DNA from: Octopus vulgaris | Lineage: Eukaryota | Assembly: GCA_951406725.2 (NCBI GenBank) | Contig: OX597826.1 | Span: 73,594,001 to 73,658,000 of the forward strand | Length of the DNA stretch: 64,000 nt | Direction: 5' to 3' | Shown: in pieces, positions 1 through 15,530 of the stretch | How positions within the stretch are numbered: the first letter of the stretch is position 1 | Layout: each line of letters opens with the position of its first letter | The notes under the pieces: model-generated | The model's database searches: none | Told to the model about the DNA's origin: nothing | Seen by the model: only the letters and a program-made list of their open reading frames with translations | Translations under genes and position numbers: made by a program

Positions 1-714
1 TTGCAAAATTGGAATCGTATATATTATGGGAACGCTATGCATAGAATGATTTTCTTTTTTTTTTTTTTTTTCATTTATTTTCTTTCTATATTCAAAAACG
101 TAAATCCATTTTGATATTTTCACATTTTTCACCGTCTTTTATTTCAAATATTTATTTTATTCCTATCCGTGTCAACAGTGGGCTCACCACTTTCTATTCA
201 GTTAATAAATTAGCAAAGCCCTTTATTCAAGCTACCGCTAAACATTTCTTTCAATAGTTTCAAATATTTGTTTATATGTTGAAGTGTCAATGATGTAGGT
301 GTTATGGAGGCATACGTCAATGCTCAAGGCGGGAAACCTTTGAACGTTGTTTATCACGAATCGTCTGCCGAAGTTTTGATAGAATAGATTGGTGCTGTTG
401 ATGTTGTTTTTCTGTTTCTCTGTTGCCAAAACAAACGTTGCATTCCATGTTGTACATTTATAAAGAACCAAAACGGTTCTCTTTCGAGAAATTGGCCACC
501 AACTAAGTCGTCTGCTCCCTCGGGTATCATGACAGTGTTCTTGCGCATGCATGTGTATAAATACATATGTATACATGTGTTTACACATACACACACATAA
601 ACACGTACGTACGCACATACACACATACATTCATACAAACATAAACACACACATACATACATAGAATACATCGTAGTAAAGGCTTTTGATAGTTCTTCTC
701 GCGGATTTCCCAAA

Positions 715-777
<63 letters not shown>

Positions 778-1304
778 TCTCGCCTTCTTTCTCTGTGTTT
801 CTTTCTCACTCTCTTTCTCTCCTGTTCCTTTTCTATCTTTCAAATCATATTCTCACTCCGATACACACACGATCACTCGCTTATCCACGCACAGACACCT
901 CCCACACACACAGACACACACACTCGAGATCTAATACCACCATGCCGAATCCTTGCATCGTTATGTTCCAATGATGTCATAAGCCGCATTCAAACTGAAT
1001 AGTGACACAAATTAAGGCCTCATTCTGCCGTTCTCCACCTCTCTCCCCACATAACCCCTATCATGTCAAATTCCTATTATTTAACTGCTACCGGTGTAAG
1101 CAGGGCTGAACACCCCAGTTAACCTTTGTACGGCTAGAGGTCAAGTGTCGGCATCAGTCCTAATAGATAGTCATGTGTCAGAGAAATATTCGGTCAGGCA
1201 TTGACTTTTAATAAGACCGGTCTATATCGTTGGTCTATTATAGATGATTATGGCGATGAATGGCAGCGGGTTAAGATAGATATATGTAGTTTATCTTTTT
1301 TCAT

Positions 1305-1668
1305 CTTTTATTTGTTTCGGTCGTGAGACTGCGGCCATGCTGGAGCAGTACTTTGCGAAATTTTAATCGAATGAAACGAACCCAGTACTTTTTTTTAAAT
1401 CCTAGTTTAAATCGTTTTCTTTTTGTCAAGCCGCTAAGTTACGGCGACCGGTGGTGAGAGACAACACAGACACAAACACACACACTTACACTTACACAAT
1501 ATACATACATATATAAGACGGGCTTCTTTCAGTTTCCGTCTATCAAATCCACTTGCAAGGCTTTGGTGAACCCGAAGCTATAGTAGAAGACACTTCACGC
1601 AGTGGGACTGAACCCGGTGCCATGTGGTTGCGAAGCAAGTCTCTTACCACACAGCCACACCCGCGCCT
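1305..1668 (-). mobile_element. SINE family A (tRNA-like head, CORE-like segment, internal microsatellite)
   Basis: Reverse complement of the family A sequence seen at 1730, 6056 and 10927. Confidence 0.85.
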
Positions 1669-1729
1669 ATAATTATTAGATATATATACTATATCTAATA
1701 CCTAAAATTCAGCCGGTTCCCACATATAC

Positions 1730-2106
1730 GTAGGAGTGGCTGTGTGGTAAGAAGCTTGCTTACGAACCACATGGTTCCAGGTTCAGTCTCACTGCGTAGC
1801 ACCTTGGGCAAGTGTCTTCTACTATAGCCTCGGGCCGACCAAAGCCTTGTGAGTGGATTTGGTAAACGGAAACTGAAAGAAGCCCGTCGTATATATGTAT
1901 GTATGTGTGTGTGTTTGTGTTTGTCCCCCAGCATCGCTTGACAACCGATGCTGGTGTTTACGTCCCCGTAACTTAGCGGTTCAGCAAAAGAGACCGATAG
2001 AATAAGTACTAGGCTTACTAAGAATAAATCCCAGGGTCGATTTGCTCGACTAAAGGCGGTGCTCCAGCATGGCCACAGTCAAATGACTGAAACAAGTTAA
2101 AAGAGT
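1730..2106 (+). mobile_element. SINE family A
   Basis: A-box-like TGGCTGTGTGG, B-box-like GGTTCAGTC, gcaccttgggcaagt segment, and 3' end tgactgaaacaagt. Confidence 0.88.
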
Positions 2107-4109
2107 TTATGAAGTTGAGCCTTAATGCACTACAAACTCTCTTCCTTGAATATTTGCTGTTGAAATTGGGATGCGCCGAATATAACCGTGCTCATTTTTT
2201 TTATTTAATTAGTTTTGCCATCAAATACTGCGCCCTTTTATACCTTTATAAGCTCCAGCCCAAGGTTTGTGGTCATGTTGGGGCACCGCTGTTACTTTCG
2301 GTGTTGTTTCAAGTGTCCACATTCCGTTATTGCTTTTCTGTGAACCGGTGAGTTTGATAAGCGTTGCCCTCATTTACGTTTCTCGCTTCCATCATGTCGT
2401 TGGTTCCAGTGCAGTACGCATTTTTAGGATTTCCCCCTTTATGTGTGTGTGTGTTTGTGTTTGTTTGTATGACGAATGAGCAAAAGCAAGAAAAAAATAA
2501 CAACGAAAGAGACAGGTTTTCACAAAGGTGTTATTAGTTTCACGCTTGTATATAAATACACATACACACTCTCACATACATACACACACATACCCTCATG
2601 CACACGCACACATTACGCATACAAACACTCTCACATACATACACGCATACACACATCCTTACGTACACACATACACACATCCTCGCACACACACTACGCA
2701 TACACACACATACACACATCACCGCGCGCACACACATTACGCATACACAACTCCCACATACATACACACACATACACACATCCCCGTGCACTCACACACA
2801 CACGCACACACACACACACACGCACACACTTTCAGGAAACTCGTACATTTATTCATTTTCTACACATTCTACATAGATGTGTGTGTGTGTGTGTCCTGAT
2901 ATTTATGTACGGTGTATATGTATGTGTGTATGTGCGAGTATGTATGTGTGCATGCGTGTACGTGCATGCGTGCGTGCGTGTGTGTATCTTTACAGTCTGC
3001 TAGAGAGATCTAGATAAGTGCCGTTCCAATGATACGCTTTTATTTGTTCAGTGTAGTCAGCCATATCACATAAGCTGTTCCCAACATCCTTGTTAATTTA
3101 CTGGGATTAACCTTAACTAATAGTTCTAACATAAGTGATGATAACACACCACCAGCCACCCCTCCTCCTCTTCCTTCTTCTCCTTATGTCTTTATTATTC
3201 TCTTGTTTTGCTGTTCTGACTCTTCTTTTTGGTGTTGGCATTAATGCTTGGTGTCGGCGGGGCGGTTTCTTCCCATCCTGTCTTATCTATTTTGAGGTAA
3301 AACGGGCGATGAAAGTTAATCCATGGGAAATGTCTTCTGTCCTTGTTTTGTTTTGAAGCTTCTGTGACTGCCCCAAAATGTAGCAAATAACAACAACAGT
3401 TTCAAATTTTGGCGCAAGGCCAAAAATTTCTTTTGGTGGGGATGGACAAGGGATTAGCCCACATCACTCTATAAGGGGCACAGGGCCGCTTTCTCAGTTT
3501 CTCAAGCGTAGATATTCCTCCCTGGACGTCCTTCTTTCGGTGCTGGCATAGGTTGGAAGGTTCGAGAGGATCCAATGGGCCCAAGGACTGCATTATTCTC
3601 CATTGCTTGCTTTAGCATGGTTTCTACAGCTGGATGCCCTTTCTAGAGCCAACCCTTTTGCAGTGTAAACTTGGTGCTTCTTTGTGTGCCACCAGCATTG
3701 TTGGGGCTGCAATGCAGTTTGCAAAACCAACTTTATGCTAGAAGACAAGGGGTAAACTTTGAAGGGAAAAAAGTGGGCTTACAGTCATTCATTTACCAGC
3801 TGCATGAGGCGGATCTGACACACACATGCATATAGATTTTTAAAAAAGAATCAAAGCGTTTTCCTAACCCATAGGCTCATAAGGCCAGTTTCGTGGGTTC
3901 TGTTGTATATATATTTTTATTCATTCCTGGATGGGACACTAGTCTATCACAATATTACTCATTTTTGCCAGCTGAATGGGCTGGAGCAACGTGAAGTGAA
4001 GTCTTTTGCTCAAGAACACAAATGCATCACCGGGTCTAAGAATCGAAACTGCAATCTTACGATTGTGAGTTCATTACCCTAACCACTAAGCCATGCGCCT
4101 CCATTTTGA

Positions 4110-4820
4110 GGGGATGGGGCAGTTCTATTACATCGACCCCGTTATTCAAATGGTACTTTATTTCATCAGTCTCGAAAGGACGTAAAGCAAAATTGACCTC
4201 AGTAGGAGTTCAGATCAGAAAATGATGAACCGGAAGGAATGTTGCAACACATTTTTTTTTCTTTGTCCAACAGGCTAACGATTCTACCAGCTGGTGATCT
4301 CAATAATAATAATCCTTTCTACTATAGGCACGAGGCCTGAAATTTTGGGGGCGAGGACTAGTTGATTATATCGACCCCAGTACTGGACTGGTACTTATTT
4401 TATCGATCCCAAAATGTGAAAGGTAAAGTCGACCGCGATAGAAATTTGAACTCTGAACGGGGCGAAATGCCGCTTAGCATTTTGTCCAGCATGCTAACGA
4501 ATCTGCCCGCTCAATAATAATAATAATAATAATCCTTTCTACTATAGGCATAAGGCCTGGGTTTTTGTGGGGAGAGGGATAATCGATCACATTGACCCCA
4601 GTACTTCACTGGTACTTAATTTATCGACCCCGAAAGGATGAAAGGCAAAGTCGATCTCGGCGGATTTTGAACTCAAAACGTAAAGATATTGGTTCAGAGT
4701 TCAGAATAGGAGAGAGCTTAGTTGAGTAAATCTATTCCAGTACTTGACCAGGTCTTTATTTATCGACCCCGGATGGATGAAAGGCAAAATTAACCTCAGT
4801 TAAATTTGAACTCGGAATGT
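4110..4820 (-). mobile_element. Head-to-tail cluster of about 4 family B SINEs
   Basis: Repeated reverse copies of the core gagttcaaat...gtcgactttgcctttcatcctttcggggtcgataaattaagtaccag, two of them with (ATT)n tails. Confidence 0.8.
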
Positions 4821-5554
4821 AATGGTTCAAATCACGCCGTGATCAACTTAGCCTCTCAACAACAACAACAACAACAACGGCGGCGTTGACGTAAGTGATT
4901 GCAATAGTTGATTAAAATAACCCTTGTGTGTTACTGCTACATTTTTATCGATCCGAAGTCGATTGTGACGAGATTTGTCTGCCAAGAATAGAGAAAAGCG
5001 TAGGAAATACTATCGCTTTGTTAGTTGGGTGTTCTGTTATGTCAACCATCTTTCCCTGACATTCTGCTTCAACGCAATGTTATTAAACATATTAATTTCC
5101 TTCATCATTTCATTAATGGACCACTTCTGATCCGCTCATACTGCTGGCTGGTCTCAAGAAATTGTTTCCCTCCCAATTATTTTCCTCTCAAGGATACATG
5201 TTTATTGTAAATCGACTCTCGAACAAAACTAATCTACACAGCACAACTAAGATGGAGACCGTTATAACATGGAAAGCTGACGTCTGCTTTGAGTGTCTCG
5301 GCCTGCTTCAACCACTGATGTTTGGATCATATTTCCGCTTATGACTAATGTAATTTAACTAATTTAATCTTCTAAACGTAATGAATCATATTCCTTTCAA
5401 AATGTAGAAACAATTTTCATTCTAATTACATATTTTCTTCTCTTTCTTATTGTCGGATCATTAACGTTTTCTACAGTATGTACGCACATACTTATACATA
5501 CATACATACGTACGTACGTACGTACATACATACATACATACATACATACATACA

Positions 5555-5622
<68 letters not shown>

Positions 5623-6055
5623 TACATATATATACATATATATATACATACATACAAAGGTGTATGTACTTCTGTATGTATGTCGTTTGGTATGTATATA
5701 AATATATGTGTCTGTATCTCTGTGTGTACTCCCACACACTCACGCACACATTACGCTCATAACTGGTAAGGTATTTTCTATGTAGTTATTTGAATCGCGG
5801 TTATGGCAACTCGAAATTTCCCCTAATAATCTTAGTACCGGCTTTACAAACGAGATTAAAAGCCACCATCTTAAAGTAGCGGCACATGCCAAGTATCACG
5901 TGACCATTGACTGAATGTCGTCCAAATCAGTGGTCCTCAGCCGGAGTCCGTATGACCCTTAAGGGTCCATATAAGATTTTGTTGTTAGCATCAATCTGCA
6001 ATAAATCGGTTCTACTTCTAAAATACAATTTTATAATACTTTTAATAATAGTTGT

Positions 6056-6221
6056 AGGAGTGACTGTGTGGTAAGTAGCTTGCTTACGAACCACATGGTT
6101 CCGGGTTCAGTCCCACTGCGTGGCACCTTGGGCAAGTATCTTCTACTATAGCCTCAGGCCGACCAAAGCCTTGTGAGTGGATTTGGTAGACGGAAACTGA
6201 AAGAAGCCCGTCGTATATATG

Positions 6222-6278
<57 letters not shown>

Positions 6279-6484
6279 TTGTGTGTCTGTGTTTGTCCCC
6301 CCAACATCGCTTGACAACCGATGCTGGTGTGTTTATGTCCCCGTAACATAGCGGTTCGGCAAAAGAGACTGATAGAATAAGTAAGTACTAGGCTTACAAA
6401 GAATAAGTCCTGTGGTCGATTTGATCGACTAAAAGGTGGTGCTCCAGCATGGCCGCAGTCAAATGACTGAAACAAGTAAAAGTA
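6056..6484 (+). mobile_element. SINE family A
   Basis: Near full-length copy matching 1730-2106. Confidence 0.88.
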
Positions 6485-6924
6485 ATATTTAATTATAAAA
6501 ATTACAGTAGGATTTTATATAACCAACGTCCGTTTGTTTACGTTCCCGTAACTTAGACATTCAGCAAAAAAAGACCGATAATATTAAGTTCCCGGCTTTA
6601 AACCCTTTAAGGCGGTTCCCCCAGAAGGGCTGCAGTCCAATGATTAAAACAAGCAAAAAGTAAAACATGAAAGATATAAAGTTAAAAAGTATTAATCTGC
6701 GTAGATTTATTTGAAGTATTTGTTCCATTTTCTTGATTATAAAGATTTCGTTAATGGCAAAAGTGCGGGATTTGAAGTTCAAAAGATTAATTACCGTATA
6801 TTAAATTATTTTAATATAAACCTCATAACAAGCAACTGTATAATTAGTTAATCTGAGTTCGAAGGTCACAGATTTTAGAAATATTAATTGTTGACAATCG
6901 AGTGAAGTACCAAGGTCTCATTAG

Positions 6925-6979
<55 letters not shown>

Positions 6980-7406
6980 ACGAAGGATTCGAAGTAAAAC
7001 GTCTGTAAATTCTTCAAATGCTACGTGTGACGTGTGGATTAGTGTCCGCGTGGCTTTGTGGTTTAGAAACTTGCTTCATAACCATGTGGTCTTGGGTTCA
7101 GTCCCACTGCACGGCACCTTGGGCAAGAATCTTCTACAATAGCCTCGGGACGATCAAAGCCTTGTCGGTGGCTTTGTTAGACAGAAACTGAAAGAAGCCC
7201 TGTCTATTGCGTGTGTGCGTGTGTGTATGTATGTATGTATATATGTACGTGTGTATGTGTCTTTGTGTTTATCCCCTACCACCGGTGTTGGTTTGCTAAA
7301 GTCCTCGTCACTTAACGGTCGGCGATACACACACACACACACACACACTAGCATATATTCACACATATACACTTCCTAACATATATAACACACACACACA
7401 CACACA

Positions 7407-7473
<67 letters not shown>

Positions 7474-8179
7474 GTCTTTCTTTCAACGCAAACACTTTAA
7501 ATTTTAAAAAATCAGTGATGCCACTTGTGAAAGGCAGAGCTTAAGTTTGGCTCCAAAGACGGTAAAGAATGTCTTGTTTATGTAGGATTGGTCTGTTGTG
7601 TTCGGGTAGATCACAGCAGTGTGGTGACTCAATGTCATAAGAAAAGGTTTGTGAAATGGATATGGAACGAGAGAAATGATTACAAAGTGTCTTCAATTAT
7701 TCACCCGTTGCCGTTTACAAGTTCTGACGAAATGCTCCACCTTAAGCAGCGTTTCATCTAAATGTGTATATTTAGCCTGGATTAATTCCACGGTGAACTC
7801 TGCAATCATTTTTTTCTTTTTCGCCCTTTTAAAGCCTAGCCAGGCTCTTGGGCCCTGTTTCCCGGTTTCAATGGCTTATGTGTTCCCCAGCTGGACGGGA
7901 CGCCAGTCCATCGCAGCGTTACTCATTTTCGCCAGCTGAGTGGACTGGAGCAACGTGAAATCAAGTGTTTTGCTCAAGAACACAACGTGTCGTCCGGTCC
8001 AGGAATCGAAACCACAATCTTACGATCATGATGCTGATACCCTAACCACTAAGCTACGCGCATCCACACTGTGTTATCATATTATACTATATCTATCTAT
8101 GAATGCACTCACCGTTTATAGATATAGTGAGTGTATATAATACTTTATATTATATATGCATTTTTAAAAAATCGTCAGT

Positions 8180-8520
8180 CTTTACGGTCTGAGTTCAAAT
8201 TCCACCGAAGTCTACTCTGCCTTTCCTCCTTTCGGGTTTGATGAAATACGTACCAGTTACGTACTGGGGTCGATGTAATCGACTAGCCTCAGCCCTTCCC
8301 CCACAATTCAGACTTTTTACCTATTGTAGAAAGGATCATAGATGCACCAATAAGGCGACAAACTGGCAGAATCATTAGCATGCAGTCTTTATGCTCTGAG
8401 ATCAAATTTCGCCGAGGTCGGCTTTGCCTTTCATCCTTTCGTACCAGTTGAACACAGGGGTCGACGTAATTGACTTACCCCCTCCCCGATTGCTGGCCCT
8501 GTGCCAAAATTTGAAGCCAT
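8180..8520 (+). mobile_element. Two tandem family B SINEs
   Basis: Two successive copies of the family B core. Confidence 0.78.
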
Positions 8521-8616
8521 TATACACACATTAAGCATATATTAAAGATATATATTCTGTATGGTTCTATATCTAAGAAATGAGGAATTATTTACATTAT
8601 TTACATTTGACGGATA

Positions 8617-8728
8617 TTTGTCCTCATCTTCTTTGTTGTTAACACAATGGTTCGGCTGATACACCCTCCAGCCTTCATCATGATGGATGGTATGTCAGCC
8701 GAAACGTTGTGTTAAAGATGAGGACAAA
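8617..8728. repeat. Small fold-back repeat with hammerhead half-motifs
   Basis: tttgtcctcatctt / aagatgaggacaaa arms. The minus strand has TGATGAaGGCTG..CAGCC GAA and the plus strand has CAGCC GAAACG. Confidence 0.7.
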
Positions 8729-8838
8729 AGTTTTCAACCGAATGTGGTGAATTGTTTTTTCTTCTTCTCACTCTTATGTATATTTTAAAGTATAAATATG
8801 TAAACATACATTTTATACACACATACATACATATATAT

Positions 8839-8871
<33 letters not shown>

Positions 8872-8954
8872 TTGTGTTTGTAAACAATTATATATACTTG
8901 TTTGCAATACATCTATATATAATTATGTTTACAAACACACACATATACACACAT

Positions 8955-9068
<114 letters not shown>

Positions 9069-9724
9069 CGGGACAAAAGTAAATTTATAGAGCGTAGTGG
9101 TTGAAAATAAGAGCCTGCAAACAAAGCTTGCATCCCTCATAAAAAATAATGAATAAATAAAAAGAGGGAAATTTTTCTGACTTTCCCGATTAGATTAGGG
9201 ATCAGATGATTGGGCTTCTCGATATGCGATCAAACTTCTGTTCTTCATGAATTGTTAATGTTGGAAACAGTTTAAAAGAGAAACGCTGACGTTAGGAGCA
9301 TTTCATATTCAACGTTTTAAGCGCAATAAATAGAAGTGAACTCCAAAATAACCATTTTAATCGGAGAAATCTCTATTAAAATTCAGACATGACATATACA
9401 TAAAAGTAATCTTTCCCAATTTCATTCAAACGTTTTAAAAGATATATACTTCACCAAAATTAAACGGTGATGCTGGATTCAAAAACCTGTAAGGGGTTTG
9501 GGCGGGGTTATGGGATTTGGTAGGATGATATGGTCTTCATTTATATTCCTTGTATTCAACACAAACAGATTAACTAATCGATTTAGAATTCTGTTATAAA
9601 ATTCAGCAATGGTCAACTTCACACTCATCTGCTTTTGATTGATACCAGTAATATACTTTTCTGAATTGTATATAACTTCGTCTTGCAGACTGAACACCTA
9701 ATATTTAACATTGAAGCGACGAAA

Positions 9725-10415
9725 GGTTGCGAACTGGCAGAATCGTTAGCATGCCGGGCGAAATGCTTAGCTGTATTTCGTCTGTCTTTACGTTCTGAGT
9801 TCAAATTCCACCGAGGTCGACTTTGCCTTTCATTCTTTCAGGATCGATAAATTAAGTGCCAGTTTCGTATTGAGGTCTATCTAATCGACTGGCCTCCTCC
9901 CCCAAAAATTTCAGGCCTTGTGCATATAGTAGAAACGATTATTAAACTGGGGGTGAGACGGTGTGCTTGGCAGAGTCGTCAACACGTCGGACAAAAATAC
10001 TTAGCAACATTTCTTCCGTCTCTATGCTATGAGTTCAAAATCCACCGGGGTCGACTTTGCCTTTCATTCTTTCGGGGTCGATGAATTAAGTACCAATTGC
10101 ATACAAGTGTCGATCTAATTGACTGCCTGCCACCCAAAAAAAAAAAAAAATTTTCGGGCCTTGTGCCTAGAATAGAAAAGAATATTTAGGTAACGAGCCG
10201 GCAGAATTCTTTCCGCACCGGACAAAATATTGAACAGCATTTTTTCCGACTTTACATTCTGTGTTCAAATTCCCCACCACCACGCCCCGGGGGTCGACTT
10301 TACCTTTCATACTTCCGATGACGATAAAATTAGTACCAGTTGTGTACTGAGATCGATGTAATCGACTTAGCCCCCTCTCTCGAAATTGATGGCCTTGTGC
10401 CAAAATGTGAAACGA
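9725..10415 (+). mobile_element. Three tandem family B SINEs
   Basis: Three successive tggcaga...gttcaaa...gtcgactttgcc units. Confidence 0.85.
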
Positions 10416-10926
10416 ATATTTAAATCTGTGGTCCAAAGATATTCGTGTTTCAATGTTCTTTGCATTAAGTTTTCTAACACTTTTTGCTTTTCGTGTGAAT
10501 TAGCGTTTTTAGAATATTCGGCTTCTTATTCTCTTCTAGGAGCAAAAGTCAAATTTTATGTATTTGGTGATTCTGTCAATACTATTTCGGCAAGTACGAT
10601 GTGGGCTGATGAAAGTAATGTCTGTAGTGAGGCATTTTCTCCTCCATATTCTTTAAGAGGTCAACTTGGGCCAACAGATTTTGGGATCTGACGATACGCC
10701 AAACCCTTTATGGACGGGAAACCTAAGGTAATCCCATAAACCGGCCTTCTCCATTTTTAATATATACTGCTCTATATCTTAGAATGTGCTTCTTCCTTCG
10801 GATTTATCTTTTTTACAGACTATATATATAGAGAGAGAGGGGAGAGAGATAGGTAAATGTAGGGATAAGCAAGCTAGATCAATATAAAAAATATATTAAA
10901 TACATAAAATACAAAAAATGTATATA

Positions 10927-11344
10927 GGCGTTGGAGTGGCTGTGTAGTAAGTATCTTGCTTACCAACCACATGGTTCTGGGTTCAGTCCCACTGCATGAC
11001 ACCTTGGGAAAATGTCTTCTACTATAGCCTCGGGTCGACCAAAGCCTTGTGAGTGGATTTGGTTGAAGAAACTGAAAGAAGCCCATCGTATATATGTATA
11101 TATATGTATGTATGTATGTATGTGTGTGTGTGTGTGTATGTTTGTGTGTCTGTTTGTCCCCACCCAACATCGCTTGACATCCGATGCTGGTGTATTTACG
11201 TCCCCGTAACTTAGCGGTTCGGCAAAAGAGACCGATAGAATAAGTACTAAGCTTACAAAGAATAAGTCCTGAGGTCGATTTGCTCGACTAAAAGGCGGTG
11301 CTCCAGCATGGCCGCAGTCAAATGACTGAAACAAGTAAAAGAGT
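10927..11344 (+). mobile_element. SINE family A
   Basis: Full-length copy. Confidence 0.88.
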
Positions 11345-12183
11345 ATGCTTACATACGAAAAGGTTCGACTTGCACAGAACACAAATGATCTTGAGAATTA
11401 AAGGGGTTGAAGAAAAGAATTCTCTGTATCATTTGTATTGTGTGTAAGTCGGACCTTTTTGTTTGTGAACATATATGAATATTTTGTATTCCATGTATTT
11501 AGTATACTTTCTATATTGATCTGTCTAATTTGCTTATCCCTTCATTTATTTTTATACCCGTTCAAGTTTAAATCTGAGCACTACGAAGTGAATTCTATTC
11601 GGAGAATATCTGGTTCTCATCAATGAATTATTTATATACAAATATAAAATGTGTTGTTTCATTATTGGGAGGATCAACAAAAGAGTAGTTCACCGTCCAA
11701 TGAATGCTACGAAAACGAGGCGGTCGGTCAAGGTTATATGGCGAGCCACGTGTTGCCAAACAGTCGTTCAGACTCAAATATGCAACATAAGATGGGGTTT
11801 TTTGTATCTTATTTTTTGTTTATTTGTTTATTTATTAATTATTCTCAGAGACCAGCCATATTATATATTTGGGTTTGAAAGATTGCTTGGAAATATACAC
11901 ACTGCTCGCTAAACAAGCTTAACCGGCCGTCGTGTCTTCACGGCATGAAACTAATAGTAACTCAGATCTAAATCGTGTGTATATCGAATGATATATATAT
12001 ACATGTATATAAACATATATACATGTATACACATGTATATACATATATATATACACACACATATATACATATATATGTGTGTGTGTACATATATATCTAC
12101 ACACACATATGCACACAAACACACACACACAAACACACAAATATATATATATATATATGTGTATGTGTGTGTATGTATATATG

Positions 12184-12231
<48 letters not shown>

Positions 12232-13072
12232 TATGTATATATATATATATCTACACACACAAATACACACACACACACACACACACACACTGAACAGAAT
12301 ATTAAGATGAATTCAAAAACCATGTTTAGCCAAGCGAACCTCCCGTATGGTTTCATGCAAGGTCAGGCTCCGGCTTTATACTGTTCTGTTCAATCATGCC
12401 TGACGATACTTTGGTCACGCTTCCTGCTTAGGAAAGACTGACCTAGCATAACACCGTCCAGTAAATTTGCTTGGCCAAACATGGCTCTCGATTTATAAAA
12501 CTGTATTCAAATTACGACCACTGTATTACTTGTATATTGAAAATGCTATTTTTCCTAAACCCACATGGGCAGCCATGTCTGTCTACGTGTGTGTGTGTGT
12601 ATGTGTGTGTGTGCGTGCGTATGTCAAGAAGGATGTGTTCCTGTGTACTCCACGAGACATTGTCTTGTTGGACTGGGCGACATCTATAGCAGGGGCCTCC
12701 AAAATGATCAATATCGATCACTTGGGTCGTTGTGACTATTCAAGAGATCGATAAATGCCTAGAAACTGCACATCTACTTAATTACTATAATTATTATTTT
12801 CTTGTACTTGCCGGGCGGTGGGGTCGATAAGGAGTCAAGGATTCCATGAAGAGGTCTATGGTCTTGAAAGTTTGGGGAACTCTGATCTATAGCAACAACA
12901 ATTGCGGTTGCATTCGAAGCATTAAATCTCTTGAGTTTCATTCAAACGTGGTTCAAATGTAAGGCACATGAATCCCACAAGTTGTCCCTTGGATCTGAGT
13001 ACATGTATACACACACACACACATGTATGTGTATGTATATATATGTGTGTGTGTGTGTATACACATATATAA

Positions 13073-13114
<42 letters not shown>

Positions 13115-13189
13115 ATATATATATATATATAGACACACAGACATGCAGGCAGACAGATAGATAGACATGCAGACAGATAGATTGATAGA

Positions 13190-13295
<106 letters not shown>

Positions 13296-13900
13296 TATGT
13301 ATATATTCTCACACACACAGCTACACATATACATCCATACACGCAAACACGCACACAACTCTGAAATCTTTTGAAAATGCATATAGTGAAAAAAAGAAAG
13401 AAAGAAATAATAAAAGACGTGCTCCCATTTCCGGGAACTACCGGAAGTACGGTGTGTGTGTAGCATTAATCTTGCTTATTTTATTTTCTCTCCTCCCGTT
13501 TACATTTATTCGCTAGCCTTCTTTCTTTTTCCTTCTCTCTCCCTACCCGTATCCCCACCGTATCTCGAAGTCCTTTCTGTTTTGTTATTTCCCACCCGGC
13601 CTTATGTCACCACCTGCTCTCTCAACCCTTTTACTGCATTACAAATCTCTTCCACCCCTCGTACAGACAGACAGGATGTATTATTATCAACCCAACTGGA
13701 CGGTCCCTACTTTTTCTTTAAATCGAATCGAGTCAAACTGTGTCATAGCCACCCACCCACCCGTATGTTCACCCTCTTACCTACCAATGCTCCATTTAAC
13801 CCGAATCTCTCTCTATAAAACCCGATCTTTTGTCCGGAAGCTTGCCCTTGTAATATCCCTCGCCATCACACCCCATCCGTCGCCCTTGTGGCAATAAAAC

Positions 13901-13916
13901 ATTATTATTATTATTA

Positions 13917-13956
<40 letters not shown>

Positions 13957-14085
13957 TATCATTATTATTATTATTATTACTATCATTATTATTATTATTA
14001 TTATTATTACTATTACTATCATTATTATTATTATTATTATTATTACTATTACTATCATTATTATTATTATTATTATTATATTATT

Positions 14086-14128
<43 letters not shown>

Positions 14129-14132
14129 TTAT
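13901..14132. repeat. (ATT)n microsatellite with a higher-order TACTATC interruption
   Basis: Seen directly in the sequence. Confidence 0.97.
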
Positions 14133-14316
14133 TGCTGCTGGTGTCGTTGTTAGACTATTTCATCAATGCAGGAGAAAGCAGACATTTATTTATTTATTTT
14201 TTTAGTAATTTCTTGCAGGTGAGATTGCTGAACGTATAATATACGTGTGTATTATACGTGTGTGTGTGTAATGTATGTATACGTTTATTTATGTATGTAT
14301 GTATGTATGTATGTAT

Positions 14317-14362
<46 letters not shown>

Positions 14363-15530
14363 ACAATCTGAGGAGGGGATGGCTGGTCTGCAATGACGTC
14401 ACTAACTTGTCATTTGGGATTTGTTTGTGACCATTTGTCTACTAACGTCATAAGCCGCAACTAATTACAGGTCTTACTGATTTTCTCTGGAGTTACAAAA
14501 TGGTTTGTGGGGCGATGAGGAGGGGAGATGATCTTTTCTGATGTCGCAAGTTGTCTGATTTCATTTTTTGTGATATCAGAAATCGGTTTGCACATTTTCT
14601 TGTCATCTCACAAATTGGTAGTTCCATATTTTCGGTGACCATGTCGTGGCTGGATTACACCTCCGTTGAGTGATACTTTTGAGTATCGTAGATTATATCA
14701 TAGTATGATTATTAGTGAATGGATCTTGATCAAATTTCAATTTGTTATAACTTTGATCATAAAGTTATCGTCGTTGGAAATCCCTCCAGATAAAAGATAA
14801 AGATACATCAGATTTAATTCCTGTAGACCCACATGTGACTATAAAAAATCAGAGGAGAATCAACAAGTCTTGTCGCAGACCGGGCAATTTATGTTTCACA
14901 GGAGCACAAATGTTCCGTTTGTTGTTTCACGTTGCTTTCTCCGGTCACGTTTGTTGTTGAGGTTTTCGGTTCGAGCTGTGTCGACGTGTTGGACTCCATC
15001 ACAGATTATCTGGCTCCACTTGGTTAATCGCCAACGATTTTCACTTGTACATATTGAAACAACCCTTTTTCAAATTTTTTTTAAAGTACACTTTAAGACG
15101 ATTTTATTTGCAGCCACCGCTTCTGGTATACACTTTCCATCATTTTGCTGCTTTGCTAACCGACCGATGGTCCGGCATTCGCACAACATAGCCAGCCCGT
15201 TAAAGATAGCATCGCGTTATCAATTCAGTGAACATCAGCTTGCTAACACTGACAGCTTTCACGTTGCTCCAGTCAATTCAGCTAGCAAAAATGATCTGTC
15301 CCTACAGTTCAAGGGCCCAGTCTTGCCACATTCTGTACTACACTGAATCTCCCTAAGAACTACGTTAAGATTGCATATGTCTGTGGAGTGCTCAGCCATT
15401 TGCACGTTAATTTCACGAACCGGCTGTTCCGTTGATCGGATCAACTGGAACCTTCGTCGTCGAAACCGAACGCCAGTTATCCATGGCATGGGAGCGAAGA
15501 GAGGCTGTAAGCACTTGACCAACGTGTTGT

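Noticed and set aside
14870-15346. 158-aa ORF
   Set aside because: It has no recognisable motif, overlaps SINE sequence and is probably decayed retroelement DNA.
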